Shown: positions 23,647 through 35,800 of the stretch, one piece after another
Layout of the letters: each line of letters starts with the position of its first letter
Position numbering within the stretch: the stretch's first letter is position 1
Assembly (NCBI GenBank): GCA_964036045.1
Contig: OZ038379.1
Location: forward strand, 22,320,001-22,384,000
Length of the DNA: 64,000 nt
Source of the DNA: Eutreptiella sp. 'Long Island Sound 2002'
Taxonomy: Eukaryota; Protista; Euglenida
Reading direction: 5' to 3'
Notes under the pieces: model-generated
What the model was told of the DNA's origin: nothing
What the model saw: only the letters and a program-made list of their open reading frames with translations
Databases searched by the model: none
Made by a program: the position numbers and the translations under genes

Positions 23647-26600
23647 GCTACCTGACCCTCTATGGGCTTCATGAATAATTTTGCTGCCGCTGTGTCATTT
23701 GCATCTTCCGCTTTGACTCTCCTTGTGGCACGATTGGGTGGCAGTGGAGAGAACGATTGAGGCGGGAGTGCACACAGACCAGGGCAGGCTATTCACCAGT
23801 AATGGAGTAAGCGAAAAAGGGATGGTACTGGTGGCAAAATCCGTCAAATAGTATCAGGTAAGATTGAGGAGGTTTCGTGGACAAAGGAGGCTGGGGCAAA
23901 TGCACATTGTGTGGACATAGCACACATACTATAGTGCAGTTTTTTTGCAATTTTGAGGAACCTTACCATTCCAGCAAAAAATGACACATCTTGTTGCCGG
24001 CATCACTTCTCCTTTGCACCTCCAGTTGAAATCAAATGATATTTTGCAGCACGGCATCTGCTATGGACCAGGCAAGACACAGTTGCTAGGGCACCATCAC
24101 AGTGTGTCTCAGTAATTGTCTAGGAGAGCAACGTACTACTGCAAATGCCAAAGACTTGCACTTGAGAAGAATTGCTGGGCTTGCCACACTTGGCGCTTCC
24201 GGGAATGCTAGCTTTGTTGCCAGCTTTACTTACCTATCTACCACATAATTGTGTCGTATGTCCTTCTTCTCCTTCTCCATGTGAAACCCTTTAATGGTCT
24301 GGTGGCTTGGTGTCCATCTCCATCGCATTTGCTTCTCCTATTGGTGCACCTCAATGGTTTTCCTCAAATTGACGTTCGAACATTCCCTATGCGGTGGTGT
24401 GGCTCTGTAGTCCACCACCTCTTTGTGGTCTATGACTAGCTCATCTCTCTGGTTTGCCACACAGCACACAATCGCCGCTCCTTTGTTTGTACAAGCTAAT
24501 CCCGGCCACCCAACAATATTCCGTGGTGTGTGGCCACCAAAATGGTGGCTCCGGCAACCAATATTCCAAGCCTCCCATCATGAGCATGCCATGCTACCAT
24601 AACTAGGTACATGTGACGAATCCTAATTTGGGCCCCAATAGATCCTATTTTTCCGATTCCTAAAATTCCGGAGAAAGCAAACTACCGCTAATTTAGCGGC
24701 CTTTGATAGTGTTATGTGCCGCGACTACCGCGCCTGTCACTCCCCTTAGTAGAGTTGGCTGCTTCACTAATGGCTTTTGAGGTGGCAGGGCACTTAGTGT
24801 TTTATGCCGCCATCTGCCCGGGGTTCGGTGAAAACATGTGTGATTGTATTGTGGGAGTATCAGGCAAGGGGGCCATGACGTCAAGTTTTTTTGATTAACT
24901 AGCGTGATCTTGATCTCATGCCAAACTCACTTAGTTCAGCCAATTGTCCATGCTGCACTTGCAGCACAAACCAAATCAGTACCGAATGTTGCCTTGAGTT
25001 CGCCACACTGTTGTGGCTATCGAATGTTTCCTTGCCTAGGTTGGGTTAGCTCTACCACCCTTGCACAACCCGGGCAGGTCCTAAACCTTCACCCATAGGT
25101 CAAATCTCAACAAGCCCATAGCCCTCCAACAGTGACCCATACAGGTCACCATCTATTGTTATACCCTGCCACCATTGCCACAGGACCCAACCCCTCACTG
25201 CGCGACCCCGGTGACGGTAACTCTTGCAGCTCCAACTGTTCCCACGTATATTTCACCATAAACATGTCAACCCCTCCCGTGGACGAGTTCTCCGACCATG
25301 CTTCTAGATATGTGACTGTTTCCGAGCATGAACTCCTTCCCAAATCCTATTCTAGTATTTCTTGCGAAAACTCTCCTTGCAACCCCAGAAGACTTGTTTG
25401 CGCCCCGAAGCCCCCCCCCCCTTCACCTTGTTGCTTGCTAGGGCTGGGAGCACACATCTTTCACCGCCTACTCTTCCACTGTTGGAAAATCCGGAGCTTG
25501 CACTGTAGCGCCTAGCTGCACAAAAACCGACTACAGCCCCGGGTGTTGTACCAACTCAATCAGGGCGCCCCACAGTTGAATATTCAACAACAGGCTGGTG
25601 GTGGTCTCCCATCGCTGCCGCTGCCACTGCCACTTCAGTATTTTACCCCCCACTTCCGCCAACACATAGCCGGAACTGAGGAACAGTAGCAAGCTACCTC
25701 GTCCCCAAGACCGCAACGGTTTCACCAACGAGTAAAGCTCTGTAGCATGCTGTGTTTGAGCATATCTATCTCACACTCATGGACAAAACAATCTCTGGAT
25801 GATCATCCATTTGGGGGCCGTACACCCACCCCTACCAACCTCCCCACCGTGGCCGACACCTACTTGGAAATGCCAAATAAGATCCTAAACCTCCCTCTGC
25901 CAATACATGTACCTCAATTCCGAAATTATTTCTGTTGTGCGGCCTGTTTCCGTTTTTTGACGGCCGATTATGTGTCCCGTGTTCCCTTACCCCCTATCAA
26001 TAGTGAACACACGTGCACTAGCGCGGCAACCCCCTATGGTGGTGGGGGTCCGTAGCTGCTATCGAAAAGTTGCCACAAGAAAGCCCCACACATGTTCCTG
26101 AAAGCACAAGTGCTCCCCCCTCCAGGTCTGTTGTATTGCCTTACCAGTGCACTTCCCGCGCAGTCCGAAGACAAACACCAAAGCACCAAAGGAGAACTTT
26201 GGGATTGGTTGTTGCGTCAGCTGCTTTGCCTTAATCAAAGGTTGCTTGTGCCCCTCAAACGGGACCTCCCACCTTTTCGCCGGGACATCATAAATGAAAG
26301 CGTACAATGTGCTTTCAGAAAGAGCACACTGCACGGTTTCCTGCACACCACACACCAGGCACCATCATGCACCCGTTAGCGGAAATATTCGTGCAAACAC
26401 CAGCAATGTACCCCACACGGCCTTTTGGATAAAATCATTTGACCATAACCTTCAACATTTCCCACCCCTCCCAGATCGAATCCGTTTGCATCCTGTAAAA
26501 CGGAGGGTCCGGGCTAAAAGAAAGTGCCTAACTGTTGTCTTGCCCCACTCCAGAGGTTGGTCCAGTAGCTTTGGCGGCAACCCACCATTAAAACCAATTG

Positions 26601-28704
26601 CTGACCATGTGACACCACGCGTGCGCCACCGTCTTGTGCACCCACATCCCATGCTTTGATTGCAAACAATAATGAGACGTTCCAATTTCAAGGCCAAAAA
26701 GCTTCACGTTGCATATTGTGTGCCCCCGCTCAGTACAAAAAAAACTTTGAATGCCATAGTGGGACTTGTGCCCCTGACTGTACCCCTACCGGGGGGGGGG
26801 GGGGGGGCTATCTCCTCACCAAGGAGTTCGCTTTCACTGACTGGGCAAAAACTTGAGTGCCCAGTTGCGCACCATCCCCAATTGCAAATTGGGCAGTATG
26901 GCCAGCGTTGGGGCGAACCCCACCTTCTCACATCACACATTGAATGCCACTGTAATCCTCCCCGGAAAATCCTCCAACTTATGAATCCGGTGCACAAAAG
27001 GTGAGGCAGTGCAATACGATAAAACGGCCTCCAACGTCAACAAGTTATGTCCCCCTCTGTTGTGTTCCTACGATAATTGCTTTGCTATCAAGCCTAAGGT
27101 ACTAATTTCCAGTGCGAACCTTTGAAGTCCACCAGGAAGCAAGACGCAAAGAAGTCGCTTGTGCAACTTGCAGGGGTTGTACATCCCCCCAGAAAAACGA
27201 TACAAAACTGCCTAAGAGAGAGGGCGCATGAACAAAAGTTGAAACAAGGTTCAACTAGTGGGTGAGGGCATGCCATGTCGGCCTTAGCAAATGTTCCTAG
27301 TCTCTACCATCATCAGATGGTGTCCATGACAATTTCTATATGTTCATTGATTCTAAAACTATGTTGCCTTTGGCAAAACACCTTAAACGGGGGCGGGGCC
27401 CCCGGACACATGGGCCTAGCAGCCGTTGCGTGCACCCCCATGGGCACTAGAGTACTCCAATGTTGTCATTTCTTGGAGGCTTCTAGATGGTTTCTGTTTT
27501 TTTCTGCTGGCTTCAGAATGCTTGCTAATATTTCAAGTGCCTTCTTGAATGGAGGGCCCACACCAATTGCAGTAACCTTCTCCAATGTACTTGAACAATG
27601 AGAGATGATGTCGGTGCAGGGTACCCAACACAAAGACATGTTGTTTCAGAGTTGTGAGACAACAAGAATTCAGTACCTACACCTGAAATTCTTGTAAGAG
27701 GGTAGTTTTTGGATCTGAGAAGCTCCAATGGTGAATGGTTTCTGAGTTGTCAAGCCCGTGTTTCTTTGCTTGTCCCGTGCTTCTCTTCTCTTGTAGAAGC
27801 TATGAGGGCTGTCAAGGAAGGTTGGGTGTCATGGGGAGGAGGTGTCAATCCCATACCCGTCTAAACTTGATTGCTCCCCTTTTAAACTATGTGCAAACCA
27901 TCAATCAGCAACCGCGTTGTACCAGTCACTTCAATCAAACCGCCACAACCTTGCTTGAGAGTACCAGCAAGGTGACAAATTTGCGATGAACTACTACACT
28001 TTTCTTTAGCGGGCTTCGTGTCCCCATGGAAATGACAGGCTCAAATGAAAAGGAGTGCCTCCAAATTTTCTTGCAATTTTCTTGGGTTTCGCACCATATC
28101 CAAAATGTGTGCCCAATAATTATTGTCCCACTAGACCTCATGGATTTGGTCTCATCCTCCAACATGACACCTGCAGCCAAATTGACCGAAAATTGCTAAT
28201 TTACATGACATTGGTCTAACACTATTTTTGGGCGCTATTTTCTCCTCCAAGCTGAAAAGGGTTAAGTCCTCGAGGAGGGTGCTCCTGCCATAGTGTGAGT
28301 GCGGTGCAAGCTTTGGGTATATCTGGGACCCATAGGACCCATAGGGACCTGTAGCACCCACTAAGGTGGCATCAAACATGTCTTGTTGTGCCCGTTTGCT
28401 GCGGGTGTGCTGTCTAAACATGCAACAAAATCCAACCGGGCATCCCTTGTACATTATGTAGTATGTTAACATGGCTGGATGGGACATATTGATCAATACT
28501 TTCCCTCAAACCACCACCCACTTACGAACACAGTAACACCCAGCACACAAACTGAGTCACACTACAAAGGCCTGCTCCATGCACATACTCCAGGTGGCAA
28601 CTACTTGCTAACTCTAGAGGCCGATTTCCAGAGGTCGCGAATCGAAATCTAAAATTCAGAGACCTCCGGCCCAGGTGGCACATAACATTCGAGGCAATGA
28701 TCCT

Positions 28705-28850
28705 AGGGGAAATGGGAGACCAAGAAAAATGGGGGGGAACAGGGGAAAATGGTAGGAAAGGGGGGAAACAGGGGGAAAAGGGTGAACTGGGGGAAATGGG
28801 AAAGGTTGGGGTGGGAAATGTGCGAGAATTTGGGCAAAAAACTTGGAGTT
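28705..28850. repeat. Purine-rich degenerate ggggaaatggg-type array (part of a dispersed element)
   Basis: Repeated ggg(g)aaa(t)ggg units with strong G/A strand bias. Confidence 0.6.
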
Positions 28851-31800
28851 CATCCCTTAGCACGGTCTCTTTGTCGCCGGCCTTTGAGAAAAAGGGCATG
28901 CAGCAACATTGGTCAATATCTGTGAGCGTCTTCTTTTTGATAACTCAAATGGGCCATTTGCTTGGACAGCCAGCTAGCAGATACCCACTTCCGTTCTTTG
29001 TCCTTGATGGGGATGTAATGAATATCCTCGAAAGTGTGCACATTGTTCATGGTCCAATGGAGAGCAATACAATTGAGCAAAAAGACAAAGTGGACAATCA
29101 TGGTGCACGCACACAGCAATAGTGAAGTGACCTTGACCCATCAGTCACATGCTACCAGGCAATGGTTGCGCCATTCATACCAAACCCTTTCACCATAAGA
29201 AAATGTTCAGAGCTCCCATGTCCTCTGCTTTGCACTCCATTGAGACCTGTTACTGATCGTAAACAGACAACTGGAGAGCAAGAACAGCGAGGCAGTCAGA
29301 AATTGTGTGGAGTGATGAGCTGTCCATGTTGCAAAAAGCGTGCAGCCCACAACCAATATATGAATCACCAAAGATTCCTTGCTCATTGTAGATATATTGA
29401 CTGGCTTGACACAAGGGGACACCTCCCAGAACGAAGGAACCACCAGAGGAAACATTAAACAAGGTGGGTGGTGCTCCACGCCCCACCTTTCACCTTAACT
29501 CTGGAAAGGGGATGAATCTAAACTGCTGGATCCACTGGTGTGGAGGTTAATGACACCAACCCTAACATCACAGCACACTGCCTGGTGCAGCAGTGGGCGA
29601 CTTCTGGCAGTGCAATTAGACAGCAACTGTCTGGAACAAGGTTAGCTCTTGGTGCATGGCAAGCAGCATAATGCCACTTGCACTTCCCAGTATGCTGCAA
29701 ATTACGCAAATGTGCAACAAATGAACGGAAATCTGCAGGGACGTGCAAGCATGCAGGTCAGCCCACTTCCACAAAGTGTGAGAGATAAAAATAAGATTTC
29801 ATAGAGCCACCATCAGGCAGTTTCAGGCGTGGGATGTTCATGGCCATGGCACACAAAGGCACATTCAGTGCAAACTCAGCAGGACATATGTGGAACAGGC
29901 AGTCATGACTGAAACTGTACCTTTTTCAGCCAGCTGAGGCACCTGGCTGCAGATGGGACAGCATGTTTGGGGGGGCTTTGATGGACTGCAACAAATCAGG
30001 GTGTCTGTCTGCTGAAACAACCAATGTGCACACTTCACTGGTCGCTACAGCAGTGTGATGTGGCACGCCCTTCGCCTGCATGCTGCTTGCACTTTGCTGG
30101 ATGCTGAATTGTGCCATGCTTTTGGTGTGACAACAAGCAGGCAAATTCATCTTTTCGAGTTATAATTTTCCTTATGAGCAGGTTAGATTGTAGATGACAC
30201 AAAGGGGTGACATTGCAGAGCACGTAAGCACTTTGCAAGAAATGATACTAGGAAGGCCCAACGTGAACATGGGTGATGCAGTGAACAAAGACACCTCAAG
30301 AACTGAATGACATGCACTGACAACATGCAAGAAAAACACAAAGTATCAGCACTGTAGGATGTGTGCAAGAGGGACTGTCCAACTTGGCCACCAACTATTT
30401 CATTTATCTTGCTAGGCTGGATTGTGCTTGGGAGAGTTCTCGAGGCCTGCGAAAGGGGACCCCCTGTCGCCAACTCAAGTGGCGTCACTTCAACACAGAC
30501 TCCCACTGCCCCTTCGTGGAGTCTGGGAACATCTTATTTCATTTTATCGTTGCATTGCATCCATCGGCAAATTGACCATACGTGCTGCCACAATCAGGTC
30601 CCTCTATTGCGTTGTTGCTCTTGTACCTGTGCCACCATCGCGGTAGTCCCGAGCAATCTGAGTGCACGGTGTGCAGAATGAAAGAATGGAGGATTTGGAG
30701 AACCAGTGAGCGGGAGAGAGAGCACTGTAAATCTGCTTCCAAATGAAAAAAAAACGATGTGTCCTGGCACATGCCTGCAGACCACAAACTGGTCTCTCTC
30801 CGAGCTCATTTCAGGCTTTGCGGAATGCACCACCAATACTTTGTTGCCCCCCACTTTGCGCGTAACCGGTGGCCGGGTTGGTTAATATGAAGCAGGCACC
30901 AGACATGCCCCTGCATGAGGAATCGTAAAGGGTTTGGGGCAGGATATCGGTCTACGAAGTGATTAGGGCCTGTGTTAGAAATCCACAAACCCCACATGGT
31001 GCTGCTGGTGCTGATGCCTCTTTTTTCTCACCCTTTGTGCATCATGGCACGGGGCATCATAGCGCCCCAAGCCCCAAGGGGCGAGGGATGGGGCTGGGTA
31101 CGGAGCCGGTTCTACAGGGCCACGCATGAAGCATAATAGCACGGGGCATCGCATGTTGGACTCCCGTGGGCGTCCCTTAGGGGCCTCATAATAGGGTCTC
31201 ACTGTGATGTTGAGAAGAACAGGGCCGCATACAGAGCGTCTGCTCAAGATATGGACATTCATAGGCGGGCCGCATTTGTGCTGAACTTTTGGCCTCTTGT
31301 GAGCAGGCATGAAGCAAAGCCCCCTCGTAGCCGGGGCTCACAAAGGTCGCAAAAACGTATCGCCCTTGCGGGGGTGCTGATGGGTGCGTGCGCATGCGAA
31401 CAGGGACGCGCACGCAGGCACGCATGCAACGAACACCCTTGAGCAAGGGGCCCCATCGGCCGCTGTATGCGTTGCCAAAACGTGTGGGAGAGGCCTCCAA
31501 AACCCCCCCTCTGTTTCGATGCTTCATTGTTTGAGAAATGGTTTCCGCAGGGGAACACTGGACTGGACGGGGATATATACGCGGCGCTCGCCACGAATGC
31601 AGACATCGCGTGCCCGTGTCCTGTCGCACGTCATGCGTTTGAGGGGAGTGGCCACTCAGCAACACCGACAAGAGTAGTAAGCGCACAGGGGCAGGGGAAG
31701 GAGATACTTCGAGGGTGTAATGTGCCAAGTCCGTCCGGGAAGAACCCGGGGGTGTCACGAACCCCGAGGCAACAAGTGGGTGTGGGTGTGCGTACGTGAA

Positions 31801-32065
31801 CACACGCAGCGCCATGACACAAGAGGACTTTAACCCAAATCAAAAAGGAAGTGTTTTGTCCCATGACATGGGGTATGGCAACTGCTGGGGGTTGACGTTT
31901 GACCACCAACATGAAGCCAATCGGCCAAACGCCGGCGGTTGACGGCCAAACGCCAAACTGCGAGGTCGGCTTTCCTTAGTTAAATACAAAGAAAGAGCAG
32001 GGAAACTCTCATCCCTTCGGGAAACCCCTGTGAGACAGAGACAAGAGACACACGCAGAGATGGGG

Positions 32066-32068
<3 letters not shown>

Positions 32069-32111
<43 letters not shown>
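32069..32111. repeat. (CA)n microsatellite
   Basis: About 21 perfect CA units. Confidence 0.95.
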
Positions 32112-32114
<3 letters not shown>

Positions 32115-32802
32115 TTGCGTTGGATGGTGTGACAAACCGGCACAGCGGCAACTTAGTCAAGCCCAGGTCTCATCAAGTGAGCGTGCAATAAAAAGCACGT
32201 CTGACGCCACTAGGCGCTTCTCGAAAAAAAAATTGGACACTCACCAAGACACACGCACGCATGCACACTGTACCGTGGTTGGCACAGGATGCGTGCATCC
32301 ACACTCCCTCAATGACTGTCGGGAAAACGACAACAAAAAGAATCATTTTCAATGACAGCTCTCCCACCACCGGTTCAGTTCCTGTCATAGGGTAGATTTG
32401 GTTTGTCTCGACGTACTTCTCCATCCAGAACCAGGTTGCAACCACAACTACATCAGACTAAAATCAGCCTCTACCCGCCCATCAACTGTGTACGATGGCC
32501 TAGTGACGCGGCTCTCGCTACAACTCCACGACCTACAGCATTCCTCCCCCGCTGTCATTAACAGTGCGTCCACACTCGTAGACTCTGCACTGCAGCTTAC
32601 TCTCTGCGGACCCAGTCTGCACACACTTTCTGCCCCCCCTTACCCCGTGCCTCATCCCGTGCCTTCCATTTTCTGGGCCTCCGCGATGAATCTAAACACA
32701 AACCGCCCCTGAAACCCCTCGTTTGCGAAATCATTTACGCAGGCGTGTGGCGCGTAGTGCAAAGAACACACCACAGCCTCGGCCAGGGAAGGTTGCAAAA
32801 GA

Positions 32803-35800
32803 TTACTGCACCGGGGCCTTAATGGTCCGCTTGCCTTTGGTGTCCTCCTTCTTCTTGTAACCACCACCAGGATCAATATTTAGTCCGACTGGTGTCACTT
32901 GTGGGCTGTACAGCGTGGGACTGCTGTTGTGCAATTTGTAGAAGTCCACAAACGTCAAGACCAAATTGCGGCCCAGCTCAATGTCTGTAACAACAGCAAA
33001 AAGCAGCCCACCAGAACTCTTGAATCAGGCGGCAGTACAGGGGGGGGGGGGATCACTCTGCGCCACAACAAGCGTTGCGTTGCCTTGTGCGGGCCCTGGT
33101 TGTCAGTCCGCGTCCCCCCGTGTCACTTGTCCCCCGCCATGCCAAGCTCCTACGTCAACCCTTTGCTCTGCCAACTGCCTCATTGTTAAGCCCCCAGGCA
33201 AGCCATCCAGTGGCAAGCCCCCCAACGGCCATATCTCCAGTGGTATCTGGCCACAATTAGCATACGCCCAACAGAGCAGTGGGGCAGAGCAGCCAGCATA
33301 CGGACAGAGGAATAGGAACGTGGAGGTGGAAGCAGGCAGAGACGCACAGCAATGAGTAGAAGACGGGTACCGACACAGGCAAATGAAAAGAAAATGGGCG
33401 GGAACGAATGCATCAAAATGTGGGGCGATGGAGATACAGACACAGATAGAGGAGACGCGGGTGGAAGCAGAGGCAGGCGCTCCAATAACAACACGGGTAC
33501 GGGTGCGGGTGCAGGTTCGGCAGAGCGAGGGCAGAGCACAGGGAGTAGGAGACCCACCAACCAGGGAGCAACACACGAAAGGAGGCGTTGTCCACGCGTT
33601 CTTGCAACACGTGCAGGGGCTTATGGGGCCAGTTCCATGCGCGCCCGTGCATCCGTGCGTCCCTGGACACCTGCATCGGTTTCTGAGCAGGGCTGAGAAG
33701 AGCAAGCACCACAGGGAAGTTGCCAGACAATGACATACATGTCTCCTCAGTGTAGGGCAGGATGCGTGACTTGCTGTCGACGGCGCAGTAGAAAGACACC
33801 TGCACGAGTGGCGGAGCATGGCCACTGTAGAGGCAGCATCACATATTGCAGAACAGGCAATGAGAAGCGTACTTGCAGAATCGCGGGTGTGTGTGTGCAC
33901 ACCCGCACCAACAGAATCACAAACGCGCTCATGCACACATGCAAACGGGCGCACTTATACAGGTGCGCCCGCACACACGATGCGGAACGCAAGAAACGCA
34001 AACAAAGACAAAAAAAGCGGTTGGAGAGAACTCCTCAGGAGCTGCAGAGCAGCCCGAGACGTCTTTCATTCTGTGGTAGAGTTGAGGGTGAATGCAGTTC
34101 TGTCTTGCACACGCGCGCGCGCGCCTACACTCACAAACACGCACACACAGACACACACACAAGTCACTGTGGGGGGGAAGCTCAGCAGTACGACATGCTG
34201 AAAGACGGACCACCACATCAGACTGAGGCACAGGATTTAGAGCACCGATGCCAGTTCCCCAATACACGGCAGTCATTGGGCACCTCCTCAAAGCCCACAC
34301 ATGCCTTCTCGTAGATTCCGATCTAATTCGGTGCCTCGTACATCTTCCATCAGAGCTTGAATGGCTTGGAGCACGGGGGTTGCTCCCAGCCAGGACCCGA
34401 CCCGGAGGGGTGTTCAACCGTTTTGGGGGTTGTAGGGCGGGGTCGGGTCCTGGCTGGCAGTAAGCCCCGTGGATTGGAGCTTCTCAAATGGTTCCAATTT
34501 GGCTTACTTCCCGCCAAAGCCCATGCAGCATCGACCCCACTGAAAAGACTCACCACCCACTCAACCGTGGGTCGCCATGAAATGTCATCCCATAACCCAT
34601 TGTTCACCATTACCGTTAGCAGAACACCAAGACGCGTCATGGACATTGTGCGAGGAATGAAGGGCGCTCCTGACCCCGTGTGTGTTCTATGACGTTGGGG
34701 TTTGAGTCCGCACCTCATGCGAAGAGTTTACGCTGGGGTGTGGAGGTGCTTTGCCGATCACAGCACTTCCATGAGTGTGCTGCAGAGCATTCATACCAAA
34801 GGAAATCCCGTGCACCGAATTCACATCAGACGGAATTGTAGTCTGGGACAAATGCTCTGCAAAGCGGTACTACCTCATTGCAGGGCATTCACAATAGTCC
34901 CATGATACTGTTCCGCAGCGGTGGGTTTACACTGTAAATATGGCATCACAAATCATGCTCGTTGGTGTGGTTGGCAGCAGACAGAATGCTATGCAGAGCA
35001 TCCCCTCAGTTCACAGGCACACTCTTCATGCACTCTGCTTGAATCAGTACTTCTTTCCAGCATACTCCTCAGCCACTGCAATGTCGCCCCTGGTTCAAGG
35101 TGCTACACATTCCCAACCATTTGGTCCAGCCCACCAAAGGGCACTCATTTTTGAATACTGAAGGATGACGCAGATGGGTTCTCATTATCGCATCCTGCTG
35201 CAGCAGCCAAAGAGACAGGCTCACCTTCTCAAGGCATGGGCTCACCATTCCCAGGCTTCACTCACCATTACCAGGCTTGGGCTCACAATTTCAAAGCTTT
35301 GACTCTCCCAACTCGCAACTAGGTAAATAACGCCCACGCACAGGCCTCGCATTCGCAACTTTAACCGATTTAATAAAATCGCCGCTCGCGAACAACCGTG
35401 TCACTAGACCTCGAAACCAAGGAGATTTCGCAGACGCGTCAAGGGGGGGGGGTTGAGTTGGTCAAGGCCTGCCTGCCATACTCACCACCTCGGCACTTGG
35501 AGTGCGCACTTCACACGTTTCATGTGTTCGTCTTCCCACGTACGAGCTTGGGCTCACCATTCTCATGCTTGGGCTGACCGTTTTAAGGCTTGGGCTCACC
35601 ACTTCGACCCTTGGGGCCACCACTCGAAGTGGGATTTAACTCATTCGGCATGACTGCGAACCCAATGTGAATGGCAATGGGATCCGCAAAAATCGGAATC
35701 ACCCGGTCAAACGCGAAGGCGGAGCAAAAGACTGATGCCGGCGATGGGCGAAAACCTGGGGTGGACGGACCAGAGCGTCCTGCGAGTCATCGCAAGTGAG

